DNA of 64,000 nt from Candidatus Multivoradales bacterium (lineage in GTDB: Bacteria > Acidobacteriota > Thermoanaerobaculia > Multivoradales > J023), in contig CBDFLE010000006.1 in the NCBI GenBank assembly GCA_965248925.1, forward strand, positions 4,800,001-4,864,000, given 5' to 3'. Positions 17,268 to 25,749 of this stretch are shown piece after piece (positions within the stretch are counted from its first letter, which is position 1; each line of letters opens with the position of its first letter). The notes under the pieces were generated by a model. It was not told the DNA's origin. It made no database searches and saw only the letters and a list, made by a program, of their open reading frames with translations. The translations under genes and the position numbers were made by a program.

Positions 17268-18311
17268 TCAAGGCTGGCGGCGGGGGGATCGAACACAGCG
17301 AAAGCCGATGAGCCAGTCCCGGAACTCGGGCCCGCCCCTGAACCGGATCGCGGAGCGCAGGAGCTGGGCCGGGTCGAAGAACGAGCCCCCGCGCAGCACT
17401 CGGGACTTGCCTTCGTCGGGACCACTCGGGTCTTCCCGAGCTTCAGCGCTGTACTCGCCGTACCAATCCCAGACCCACTCCCAGACGTTGCCGTGCATGT
17501 CGTAGAGAGCCCAGGGATTGGGCTTCTTGGTCCCGACCGGCTGTGGCGCATTGTCCGAGTTGTCGGTGTACCAGGCGTATTTGCCGAGCTTTTCGGAGTT
17601 ATCGCCAAAGGACCACGGCGTCTCGGTGCCGGCCCGGCAGGCATACTCCCACTCTGCCTCGCTGGGCAGGCGGAAACCGTCCGCATCGCGCTGCCACTGG
17701 GGAGGCTGGTCGCCTTCGAGCAGGTAGGCCGGTTGCAGGCGGTGGAGCTTCGACAGCTGGTTGCAAAACTCGGCTGCATCTTCCCAGCTGACCTGGTTCA
17801 CCGGTCGGTCGTCGGCCTCGCCCTCCGGCCAACCGGGGTCTTCTCCGACGACTTTCTGGTAGAGCTGCCGGGTGACCGGCGTGGCCATCATCTCAAAGGC
17901 CGCCAGGGTGACCGGGTGGGCAGGCTTCTCGTCGTCGCGGGCTTGAGGATCGTCGTCGGCCGAGCCCATGGTGAAGCTGCCAGCTGGGATTGGCACCATC
18001 TTCACTTGCAAATCGGCTGGGATCTCGAAATCTGGCGGCTTGTCCTCATCCTCCTCTTCTTCCTCTTGCTCTTCCTCCAACACCGCCACCGGCTCGCTCG
18101 ACCAGGCGAGTAGCGCCGCGGCTGCCACCAGCGCCAGCGCCGTGGCGAAGGCCGCCCACTGCCATGATTCGGCCCAGTGGAGCAGCCAGCTGCCGGCTAA
18201 GCCGCCCAAGGCCAGGCCGAGGGCGATGGCCAGCCAGGTCGGCAGGTAGTCGAGCCGGCGCAGCAGGCCGCGACGGGGAGCGGAAGAGGGACTGGCGGTG
18301 GCGGTGCTCAC
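17268..18311 (-). CDS. Membrane-anchored FGE-sulfatase/CLec domain protein; DGR target 2
   Basis: Two hydrophobic helices, acidic linker, FTMGS, FRLPSEAEWEYACRAG, NPWALYDMHGNVWEWVWDWY, RVLRGGSF...IGFRCV. Confidence 0.92.
   Translation of the reverse strand: MSTATASPSSAPRRGLLRRLDYLPTWLAIALGLALGGLAGSWLLHWAESWQWAAFATALALVAAAALLAWSSEPVAVLEEEQEEEEEDEDKPPDFEIPADLQVKMVPIPAGSFTMGSADDDPQARDDEKPAHPVTLAAFEMMATPVTRQLYQKVVGEDPGWPEGEADDRPVNQVSWEDAAEFCNQLSKLHRLQPAYLLEGDQPPQWQRDADGFRLPSEAEWEYACRAGTETPWSFGDNSEKLGKYAWYTDNSDNAPQPVGTKKPNPWALYDMHGNVWEWVWDWYGEYSAEAREDPSGPDEGKSRVLRGGSFFDPAQLLRSAIRFRGGPEFRDWLIGFRCVRSPRRQP
17274..17399 (-). repeat. DGR variable repeat VR2
   Basis: Reverse complement matches TR over 126 nt with 17 differences, all at template adenines. 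Confidence 0.96.
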
Positions 18312-18347
18312 CTGGTCAGCTTATCGCGTGGGCGGGGTGGCCAAGCT

Positions 18348-18545
18348 TCATTGCAAAACGGTGAGGCCCAGGCCGCGGAAATCCTGGTCGAAGGCGAGGC
18401 AGGGCACGCTTTGAAGCGCTGTGGTCACGACAGCGAAGGAGATGGCGTCGCAGAGCGACAGTCGGTGGTCTTTGCCGTAGGCGCGAAAAACCCGTTCGGC
18501 CTCGGCGCGGACGGTTTCGCCGAGATGGGTGCCAGGCAAATAATC
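18348..18545 (-). pseudogene. C-terminal remnant of a VapC/PIN-domain toxin
   Basis: LSLCDAISFAV....AFDQDF..LGLTVL is the PIN C-terminal half; no N-terminal xxDT motif upstream. Confidence 0.65.
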
Positions 18546-18559
18546 TATTGTGGCATATA

Positions 18560-18588
18560 TTGACACAGAAGAGGAAAGCGAACATGCT
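18560..18588 (+). promoter_or_regulatory. Sigma70-like promoter for parDE
   Basis: TTGACA (18560-18565), 17 nt spacer, CATGCT (18583-18588); ATG follows 6 nt later. Confidence 0.55.
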
Positions 18589-18594
18589 CGCGGT

Positions 18595-18939
18595 ATGGCC
18601 AACCGACAGACTCTGAACGTTTCGCTGCCCCCAGCCCAAGAGCATTTCGTCCGTGATCAAGTCGCGGTGGGCCGCTATCGCACCGCTAGCGAGGTGGTGC
18701 GCCACGGCTTGCGTCTGCTCGAAGAAACCGAGCATCGACGCTTGATGGAGAAGTGGCTCTACAAAGATCTTTCGTCGGACGAGCTGGCGCTGTTGCCGGA
18801 TGAGCACAGGGAACGTGTGCAGGCCCATTTTCGCAGCTTGGTCGAGGATGCAGTCCTGGACATCAAGGGGGGGCACGTTGCCGATGGGCCGAGCGCAGTG
18901 AAGCGGCTGCGGCAGGGTATTGAAGCTCGCCAGAAATGA
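18595..18939 (+). CDS. ParD-family antitoxin (ribbon-helix-helix)
   Basis: TLNVSLPP..E.FV..QV..GRY.TASEVVRHGLRLLEE. Confidence 0.88.
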   Translation: MANRQTLNVSLPPAQEHFVRDQVAVGRYRTASEVVRHGLRLLEETEHRRLMEKWLYKDLSSDELALLPDEHRERVQAHFRSLVEDAVLDIKGGHVADGPSAVKRLRQGIEARQK

Positions 18940-19241
18940 TCCGCTATCTGCTGACCGCGACTGCCGAGGGCGAGCTCGGTGAGCATCTTCGTTTCATCTC
19001 AGAAGGCAGCGGCAAGACGCGAGCGCTGCACGTTCTCGAAAACTTCGAAGAGGCCTTTGAGAGGATTGCCGCATCGCCTGGGATTGGCTACAGGAGAGAG
19101 CAACTCACCGGCCCGGAGCTGCGCTGGTGGCCGGTCTTCCGCTTCTTGGTTCTTTACGATCCCACATCCAAGCCGTTGACCGTATTGCGGGTCCTGCACG
19201 GCGCGCGTGATCTTGAGCGCATTTTTCAGCTCGATAGCTAG
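18936..19241 (+). CDS. ParE/RelE-family toxin
   Basis: YLLT..AE.EL, PGIGYRRE.L, YD....LTVLRVLHGARDL; ATGA overlap with antitoxin. Confidence 0.9.
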   Translation: MIRYLLTATAEGELGEHLRFISEGSGKTRALHVLENFEEAFERIAASPGIGYRREQLTGPELRWWPVFRFLVLYDPTSKPLTVLRVLHGARDLERIFQLDS

Positions 19242-19306
19242 TTGAGCTGGTACGACGAGAGTGCGAGCGGCAAGCGGGGAAGGGCGCCTCTCAGCGCAAT
19301 ACAAAG

Positions 19307-19333
19307 CGGGCGCCCCGGCTAGCGGAGCGCCCG
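19307..19333. terminator. GC-rich hairpin between convergent genes
   Basis: CGGGCGCCCCG-GCTAG-CGGAGCGCCCG; no strong U-tract. Confidence 0.35.
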
Positions 19334-19356
19334 GTTGGGAGGTTCTAGTCGTTACT

Positions 19357-19920
19357 TCAACGCAGCGGGCAGCTGTTGCTGAGCACGCCGATGGCGCTCG
19401 ACTGGCCTTTGCAGGGGCGGGCGATCGACAGCTGCGCCTGGCCGCTCCACAGCACCGAGCCGATGTCGTCGCCGCTCTCATTGTCGCGGGCCGCTTTCGG
19501 CGCGGGGGTGATCTTTACTTGTAGCAGGTCGTCGTCTTGGAGGAAGACCGAAATCGGGTCGCAGAGCAAGGGCGGATCAATGCAGCCCATCGGGATGCCT
19601 TCGAGGGTGACGCAGAGCTTGCCCGGCGGGCAGTTGCAGCCGAAGGCGGCGGTCTGCGGCGGGTAGGCCTGGATGTCGAAATGCTGACGCTCGACTTCTT
19701 GACCATTGACCAGGAAGGAAACGTCAGTCGACAGGTCCACCGGACCGCGGGTCGGGTTGGCGGTGGCCGAGAAGAAGGCGGTCACCATGGTGTTGCCGTC
19801 GGCGGTGGGGGCGGCGGAGATGGCTTCCACCATCCGGTTGACTTCGTTCTTGCTTTGGGCGGCGGCCGGCAGAGTACAGATCAAGGCGATTAGGGCGAGG
19901 ACTAGAATCTGGGTGCGCAT
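19357..19920 (-). CDS. Secreted cysteine-rich hypothetical protein
   Basis: ATG 19920 after AAGGA; signal peptide ending AAA-Q; CNCPPGKLC...C...C...C...C. Confidence 0.7.
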   Translation of the reverse strand: MRTQILVLALIALICTLPAAAQSKNEVNRMVEAISAAPTADGNTMVTAFFSATANPTRGPVDLSTDVSFLVNGQEVERQHFDIQAYPPQTAAFGCNCPPGKLCVTLEGIPMGCIDPPLLCDPISVFLQDDDLLQVKITPAPKAARDNESGDDIGSVLWSGQAQLSIARPCKGQSSAIGVLSNSCPLR

Positions 19921-20050
19921 GGTTTTGTTCCTTATCCGAAGGGTCGTTGTTTTCGCTGGCACGGCGCGGGCCGTGTCGCTTTCGGGATCAGGAACGAACG
20001 GGGGGTGAGTTTCTCCTCAAAAATTCTCGATATTTCCTGGTGTCGTCTTC

Positions 20051-22858
20051 TCAAACCCGTCGCCGTCTGAGCCACTCACCCAACACCAGCAGTCCGCTCA
20101 GCGCAGCAGCCACCCACCACCAGAGATAAGTCTGCCGGCCACCTGGCAATGGCGTCGTAGCACCATCGCCCAGGGCCACCATGCCGGCCCAGGCGGCGGC
20201 CGGGGCACCGGCTGCGCGGCGGTCGCGCTTGGCCTCGGCGAGGGCGGTGGCGACATCGGCGCCATCCGCTAGGTGGCTGGCGAAGCGTTCCATCAAGCGG
20301 GCGGCTTCGTCGTCGCGCAGTGGCCACAGGCTGGCGACCACAGCTTTAGCGCCGGCTTGGAAGAAGGCGCGGGCGAGGCTCATCGGCCCTTCGCCCTGGA
20401 GCACGGCGCCAGCGCCGGTCTGGCAAGCCGAGAGCACCACCAATTGGTCGGCGAGGGGCAGGCGGTGGATCTCGTGCGGCTGTAGCAAGCCGTCTTCGTC
20501 GTCGCTGCCGGGAGCTAGTAGGACCGCCGACCGCCAGCTGCGTTCGCTGTCGATGATGGCGTGAGCCGCCAGGTGCAGCACCGTGTGTTCGTCGCCAGCG
20601 CTTTTCAGCCGGCTCTCGCTAGCCGCTGCGCCGCGGTGCAGATGGCCGCCGAGAAGGCGGCGGACGGCCCGCCCTTCGTGACCCGCCCAGGGCAGCGGGC
20701 CGAGGGCCAGGCCGCTTTTGAAAAGCGCCCCGCGCTCGCTAGCGACAGCAGTTGCAGGGGCGGCGGCGCTGGGCAATTCAGGGTTGGCCAGCACCAGGGC
20801 GCCGCCGTGCCGTTTGCTGACCGGTCGATCTCTCCACTGCTGCCAAAGGCTGGCCGAAGGCACGATCGACAGGGCGTATTTTTCAACCAACGGCGGTCCC
20901 TCCACCTCGGCTCGTAGGGCGTCGAAAGGCAGCAGGTGGAGAATGCCATCGGGGACGATCACCAGCCGGTTGATGCTGGGCGGTAGCTGGGCTAGGGCAG
21001 CGGCCAGCAGGTCTTGATAGAGGCGCGCCGCTGCTCGCTGCTCGCTGCCGTCGCGGCGCTTGAAGAGGCCACGAAAGAGGGTGATGGCGGGCTCTAGCAC
21101 CGCCCGATCGGGCAGGCGATAGAGCTGCCGGCCGGCGTGGCTGATCACCATCAGCCACGCGCCGCCTGCCTGGTGACCGAAGATGTCTTCCCACAGCCCG
21201 ATCTGGAACGACAGCAGGGCTTCGTCGGGCCGCAGGCTGGTCTCGATGGTGCTGAGTTCAGCCAGCGGTGGTGGCGGCCGTTCGGTGCCTTGCTCGGCTC
21301 TCTGGCGGATGCCGGCTAGCTGACCTTCGACCCGCGCTAGTTCGGCCTCGGTGGTAGCTCGCTGGTTGTTGTCAAGTGGGGTTAGCAGGCGGCGATTGAT
21401 CGCTACTTGCTGTCGTAGCAGCCGTTCTTCGGCTGGGGTCGTCGAGGGTCGTTGCCTTGCCAGGGCCTGGCGCAGCACCCGGCCGCGCATTTGTTCGACC
21501 ACTTGAAAGGCCAGCTCGATATCGTCTTTGCGAGGACTGCCGCCGGGATCGTCGTCGAGCAGGCGGCTGGCAATCCAGCGGTAGGCGTCGGTCCACACGG
21601 CGAGGTAGTTGGCGCGGCCAAAAGTCTCGTCTTGACGATCACTGGTGCCTTCGAGGAGATCGAGCAGGCGCAGGGAATCGGCGATCGCCGCGCTGCGGGG
21701 CAGGGTGGCCCAGCGGACTCGTAGGCGATCGGACCAGGCGTAGGTCTCGATCCGTGGCTGGCCGGAAGAACGGGCCAGGGAGAGGATCTGGTCGATGCGC
21801 GCGGCAGCACCCTCGGGATCGTCGATCAAGGTGTGACTGGCCAGGGCACCAAGACTGTTGGCTAGCAGCAGCGGGTTGCCGAGCCGCCGAGCGATGTCGA
21901 AGGCTTGGTGCAATTGCTCGCTGCCGTCTTGACCCAGCAGTCGGCCGAGGTTCTGGCGGGCAGCAGCTTCGGTCGACTGATCGCCAGCCAAGACCGCTTG
22001 GTCAAGGGCGCGGTGCAGGGCCCGCTCAGCCAGCGGTCCATCGGCCGGGATCTGGCGCTCGGCGATTTGTACTAGGGCCAAGTCGAGCAGCGCGGTAGCT
22101 TCGGCAGTCGGGTCTTCGGCACCCTTGGCCGCGCCGGCCAGGCGCTCAAAGGACAGCCGCGCGCGGTGGTAGCGCCCGAGGCTGAAGTCGACCTCGCCTA
22201 GAGCTAGCAGGACATCGCGCTCCAGGGAGTAGACGGTGAGTTCGGCGGCGATGCTTTGGGCTTCTTCGAGTAGCCGCCGGGCGCGCCCAAGATCACCGTC
22301 GTGGCCGGTCAGCAATCTTGCCTCTTGTACTTTGATCGCGCCGATCAGTTCGGCGGTAGCGGCGAGTTTGGCGGCGTCGGTGGCGCGGCGAAGCTGGTCG
22401 AGGGCGGCCAATCGATCGCCGTGGGCATGCAACATCCGAGAGAGGTTGATGTGACTGTAAGCGGCGCCCAGAGGGTTGCCGCTGGAGGTGAAGGTTTGGG
22501 CGGCCGTGGTGAGGTGCTGCTCGGCATCCGCCTGGCCGAGGTCATTCGCTAGGGCGCCAAGGTAGAAGTGCAGCCAAGGCAGCTGGGGATGGACCGCGAG
22601 GAGGGATTCGAGCTGCTCGGCTGCGGTGGACTTGTCGTTGTCCCTAGCTCGTGCCGCCTGATACAGGCAGTCGCCCACCGCCCGGCCGCCATCGGCTATC
22701 GACAACAGATGGTGACAATCGGACCCCGGTTGGCCGCTAGGAGTCCCCGTCGCTGCTTGGCAGATCATCGCGGCGGCGGTGAGGAACGTCGCCGCCGCAA
22801 CAGAGGAGCGCTCAGCCACCCGAGTTGTCCGGCGGCGGTGGCACCGCTGAGCCGGCAT
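20051..22858 (-). CDS. TPR-repeat + CHAT (caspase-like) domain protein
   Basis: TPR-like helices; IVPDGILHLLPFDAL, VLHLAAH, VVLSACQTG, VVASLWPLRD; C-terminal TM helix; start uncertain. Confidence 0.9.
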   Translation of the reverse strand: MPAQRCHRRRTTRVAERSSVAAATFLTAAAMICQAATGTPSGQPGSDCHHLLSIADGGRAVGDCLYQAARARDNDKSTAAEQLESLLAVHPQLPWLHFYLGALANDLGQADAEQHLTTAAQTFTSSGNPLGAAYSHINLSRMLHAHGDRLAALDQLRRATDAAKLAATAELIGAIKVQEARLLTGHDGDLGRARRLLEEAQSIAAELTVYSLERDVLLALGEVDFSLGRYHRARLSFERLAGAAKGAEDPTAEATALLDLALVQIAERQIPADGPLAERALHRALDQAVLAGDQSTEAAARQNLGRLLGQDGSEQLHQAFDIARRLGNPLLLANSLGALASHTLIDDPEGAAARIDQILSLARSSGQPRIETYAWSDRLRVRWATLPRSAAIADSLRLLDLLEGTSDRQDETFGRANYLAVWTDAYRWIASRLLDDDPGGSPRKDDIELAFQVVEQMRGRVLRQALARQRPSTTPAEERLLRQQVAINRRLLTPLDNNQRATTEAELARVEGQLAGIRQRAEQGTERPPPPLAELSTIETSLRPDEALLSFQIGLWEDIFGHQAGGAWLMVISHAGRQLYRLPDRAVLEPAITLFRGLFKRRDGSEQRAAARLYQDLLAAALAQLPPSINRLVIVPDGILHLLPFDALRAEVEGPPLVEKYALSIVPSASLWQQWRDRPVSKRHGGALVLANPELPSAAAPATAVASERGALFKSGLALGPLPWAGHEGRAVRRLLGGHLHRGAAASESRLKSAGDEHTVLHLAAHAIIDSERSWRSAVLLAPGSDDEDGLLQPHEIHRLPLADQLVVLSACQTGAGAVLQGEGPMSLARAFFQAGAKAVVASLWPLRDDEAARLMERFASHLADGADVATALAEAKRDRRAAGAPAAAWAGMVALGDGATTPLPGGRQTYLWWWVAAALSGLLVLGEWLRRRRV

Positions 22859-23822
22859 CGTGGGCTGGTGGTGGCTGGTTGATGCTGCCGGACGTTTCGA
22901 TGCGGCGGACTTCGAAGTCGATCAAGTGCAGCGGGTTGCGCTTTCGTTCGATCTCTTCACGGCGTTTCAGCAGCTTGGATCTCGAAGTTTCGGCGAGCAG
23001 CCAATACTCTCCGTCCAGCTGGCGCCAGATGGCGGCGAAGCGGGGCGTACTTGAGTTCTTGTCGTAGTAGACCTCGATGTCTTCAAGCATCAACCCGGAT
23101 TTGCAGGCGTCCTCGAGGCGGCTGTCGAAGGTGGTCTGGTCGAGGTCGAAGACCACCTGCTGGCGGCCACCAGCGGGTTGCCAGATGGCCGACCAGCGAC
23201 GCTCGCCGCCAGGTTCTAGCCAGGTTTCGAGGTCCAGCATCCGCAAGCCCCGGCCGCTGAGCTGAGCGTGACGCTGGCGCAGCTCGGCGCGCCGCACTCC
23301 GAGTTCTAGCTGATGCTGACCACGGCTGGGAGCGAAAATAGCGTCGTAGCGGCGACGACCACTCTTGGTAACCCAGGACTCGATGTCGATCAACTGAAAG
23401 TGGGAAGCGGATTGCCGCCGCGAGATGCGTCGCAGCCTGGTTCGTGAAAGACCCAGAAAGACGTGACTCGTGGCCTGTTGCCGGCGCCACAATCCGGAGT
23501 AGAGGCGCCCGTCGCGGGCGGATTCGCTCTCGATGTCGATCAGCTCGAAACCGCGGCGATGCAGCTGCTTGGTACGTCGTTCAAAGGCTCGGCCGGACAG
23601 GGACCATGCCAGGCGGTCTTGGTCGCCACCCGAGCGCCACAGGCCGCTCACTATCTGGGAGACGAAGATTCGATCCTCTGCGGTCAAGGTATCGCCAGGC
23701 CCCTGGTGGGGCTGGGCGCCGGCCGCCGCGGTAAACAGCAGGGATGAAACGAGGCTCAACAGCAACAGGGTGCGTAGTCGCTGTTCGAGACGGGTGATTT
23801 GCAAGGCTATTCGATCGCGCAT
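22812..23822 (-). CDS. Secreted protein with tandem ~50-aa repeats (BTRD1 / polyglycine-hydrolase-like)
   Basis: Repeats G(F/L).L.D.E......R.Y/W.(A/G)(I/L)W; signal peptide; ATG 23822 after CAGGAG. Confidence 0.7.
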   Translation of the reverse strand: MRDRIALQITRLEQRLRTLLLLSLVSSLLFTAAAGAQPHQGPGDTLTAEDRIFVSQIVSGLWRSGGDQDRLAWSLSGRAFERRTKQLHRRGFELIDIESESARDGRLYSGLWRRQQATSHVFLGLSRTRLRRISRRQSASHFQLIDIESWVTKSGRRRYDAIFAPSRGQHQLELGVRRAELRQRHAQLSGRGLRMLDLETWLEPGGERRWSAIWQPAGGRQQVVFDLDQTTFDSRLEDACKSGLMLEDIEVYYDKNSSTPRFAAIWRQLDGEYWLLAETSRSKLLKRREEIERKRNPLHLIDFEVRRIETSGSINQPPPAHDAGSAVPPPPDNSGG

Positions 23823-23958
23823 GGCGTTTTGCTCCTGGGGGGACGACCGGGTCGTCGGGTGGTTTGCTCTCTCTTCCCTCAGTTCAACGCTGGCTCGGTT
23901 GTTTTCCCTCACTCCGCAGTACCGAGTGCCCATTTCCTTCTAGGTACAAGTCTGGATT

Positions 23959-24669
23959 TCATTGCAGGCGTTGTACGAAGGTCTCTGAGATCAAGCGCTC
24001 GCCGCTGGGCAGAATGGCTTCGACTTGCCACAAGATCTCGCTGCCGGCGGGCAGCTGGTCGAATAACTCAGCGGGCAGCTCGAAACGGGGCTCGGCGAAA
24101 TCGCGGCCTTCCGCCAAGAGCACCAGCTCCAGGTTGCTGACCCGCAGGTCGTAACGCGCTCCCTCAAGACCCTGCCAGCGCAGGACGGGAGCTTGGCGTG
24201 ACAATAGAGCATCGGCGGGGAGCAATGAGCTGAGTTTCTTGCCGCCGCTGTTGCGAACGATCGGCTCGCCGCCGCTTGCTGGGCCGGGCTCGGTCTGCCA
24301 GTCGCTCAGCAACCACAGGCCGACAGCGGCTAGTAGCAGGGCGGCCAGCGCCAGCTGCCAAGGCCGTGGTGAGGCGCGGGTGAAGGCGGGATGGCTGACC
24401 GGCGCCCGCTCGTCGGCTGCGCGGATTTCGTCTTGCAGTGCTTGGGCCAGCCGCCATTCTTCGGCTAGTTCGGGAGAGGCGGCGGTTTGTTCGATCAGCT
24501 CGCGCCTTTGATGCGGTTTGAGTTCACCGCTGAGGGCGTCCCACAGCCGGGCCGGCGACGGCAGCTCGGTCGGATCGGAGCTGATGGGGCGTTGGCGAAA
24601 AGCACGCCGCAGCGCTTCAGTGTCGGGGGGGTCGTGAGTGCCGGGGTGGTCTTTAATCTGATCGTTCAT
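23959..24669 (-). CDS. Anti-sigma-factor-like single-pass membrane protein
   Basis: N-terminal domain resembling zf-HC2 without Cys, one TM helix, beta-rich C-terminus; ATGA overlap with sigma gene. Confidence 0.65.
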   Translation of the reverse strand: MNDQIKDHPGTHDPPDTEALRRAFRQRPISSDPTELPSPARLWDALSGELKPHQRRELIEQTAASPELAEEWRLAQALQDEIRAADERAPVSHPAFTRASPRPWQLALAALLLAAVGLWLLSDWQTEPGPASGGEPIVRNSGGKKLSSLLPADALLSRQAPVLRWQGLEGARYDLRVSNLELVLLAEGRDFAEPRFELPAELFDQLPAGSEILWQVEAILPSGERLISETFVQRLQ

Positions 24670-25211
24670 GGCGAGAAACCTTTCCGTTGCAGGCAACTAC
24701 GCAGGTCCGCCAGGCCGCGATAGGTGAGGTTCTCCACCCGTTTGGCGGTCCAGCCGAGTAGCTCGGCCGCCTCGCGGACCCGGTGTCCCTGCAAATGAAG
24801 CGTCACCGCCAGCTGCCGGGGTCGAACCAACTGTGCCAGGCAACTGTCGAGCGCGCGGCCAATCTGCCGGCTAGCTCCCACCCTCTCGGGGCCGGGCTCA
24901 GGGTCCGGCAAGGGAGACTCGCTTTCACCGTCGTCTAGCGGTACCTCGCCACGGCGGCGGTGGCGCCGGATTTCGTCGATCAGCGCGCTGTAGGCGGTGC
25001 GCCACAGATATGACGATGAGAAGGTACGTTCTCCCTCACTTCGGCGGCGAATCTCCATCACCTTGATCAGCGCCGTCTGCACCAAGTCTTCCTTCTGATC
25101 GGCTAGCCAAGGGGGGCAAGAGCGAGCCAGGGCGCGTTCTAGACGTTGCCGCATCCAGGCGTAATCATCCTCCTCGGTCGCGGCCGCGGTGAGTGATTCG
25201 TCGATCGACAA
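24666..25211 (-). CDS. ECF sigma-70 factor
   Basis: EDLVQTALIK, SYLWRTAY..LIDEIRR, region 4 EAAELLG...KRVENLTYRGL; TTG 25211 after GAGGA. Confidence 0.88.
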   Translation of the reverse strand: MSIDESLTAAATEEDDYAWMRQRLERALARSCPPWLADQKEDLVQTALIKVMEIRRRSEGERTFSSSYLWRTAYSALIDEIRRHRRRGEVPLDDGESESPLPDPEPGPERVGASRQIGRALDSCLAQLVRPRQLAVTLHLQGHRVREAAELLGWTAKRVENLTYRGLADLRSCLQRKGFSP

Positions 25212-25401
25212 TGAGGTTCCTCGAGAGAAAGTAGTGGCTCTAGAGGCCGCTAGCGGCTCGCCCGCCTGCTGGGGTCTGGGAGCCCTTTGCTGCCTACCTA
25301 CCCCGAGTAGCACTCTGAGATTAGCATGCGTCCTATCTGGCAAAGAATGGGGCTGGCAGCCGGTCGGCCGCGGGCGCTAGTAGACGGGTAATTCTTGATA
25401 G

Positions 25402-25439
25402 CTTGTGCTGGAGCCAACTCCTTGTGCTGGAGCCAACTC
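25402..25439 (+). repeat. Perfect 19-bp tandem duplication
   Basis: CTTGTGCTGGAGCCAACTC at 25402-25420 and 25421-25439. Confidence 0.9.
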
Positions 25440-25547
25440 AAGAAAGGAGAGCAGGATGCAAGCCACCGATGGATTCAACGGACCGGACAGGGTCGCCAGA
25501 GACTCGGTTTCGTTGCCGGTCTACACCAGTGAGCGGGGTACCAGCTG

Positions 25548-25749
25548 TTGGCGCTGAAACCAAGGATCTTCCTCTTGCTTCTTGGTTCTGCTCAACGGCC
25601 CGGGGCACGGCTACGCACTGATGAAAGAGGTCGAGCGACGCTCGGTCGGACAGGTGCGGATGCAGCCGGGAATCCTTTACCGACTGCTCGCTGGCCTGCT
25701 TGAGGACGGTTGGATCGAGGAGTTGGTGGAGCGCCAGGAGCCTGGATGA
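25548..25749 (+). pseudogene. PadR-family regulator pseudogene
   Basis: LALKPRIFLLL, frameshift near 25581, then LVLLNGPGHGYALMKEVERRSVGQVRMQPGILYRLLAGLLEDGWIEE; lacks the C-terminal RRYY wing. Confidence 0.75.

Noticed and set aside
13995-18010. FGE-like domains as formylglycine-generating enzymes for the nearby sulfatases
   Set aside because: They lack the catalytic Cys pair of true FGE, carry VRs, and the sulfatase-like genes lack CxPxR
17190-18113. 307-aa + strand ORF and similar long antisense ORFs across the window
   Set aside because: Shadow frames of high-GC genes with no motifs
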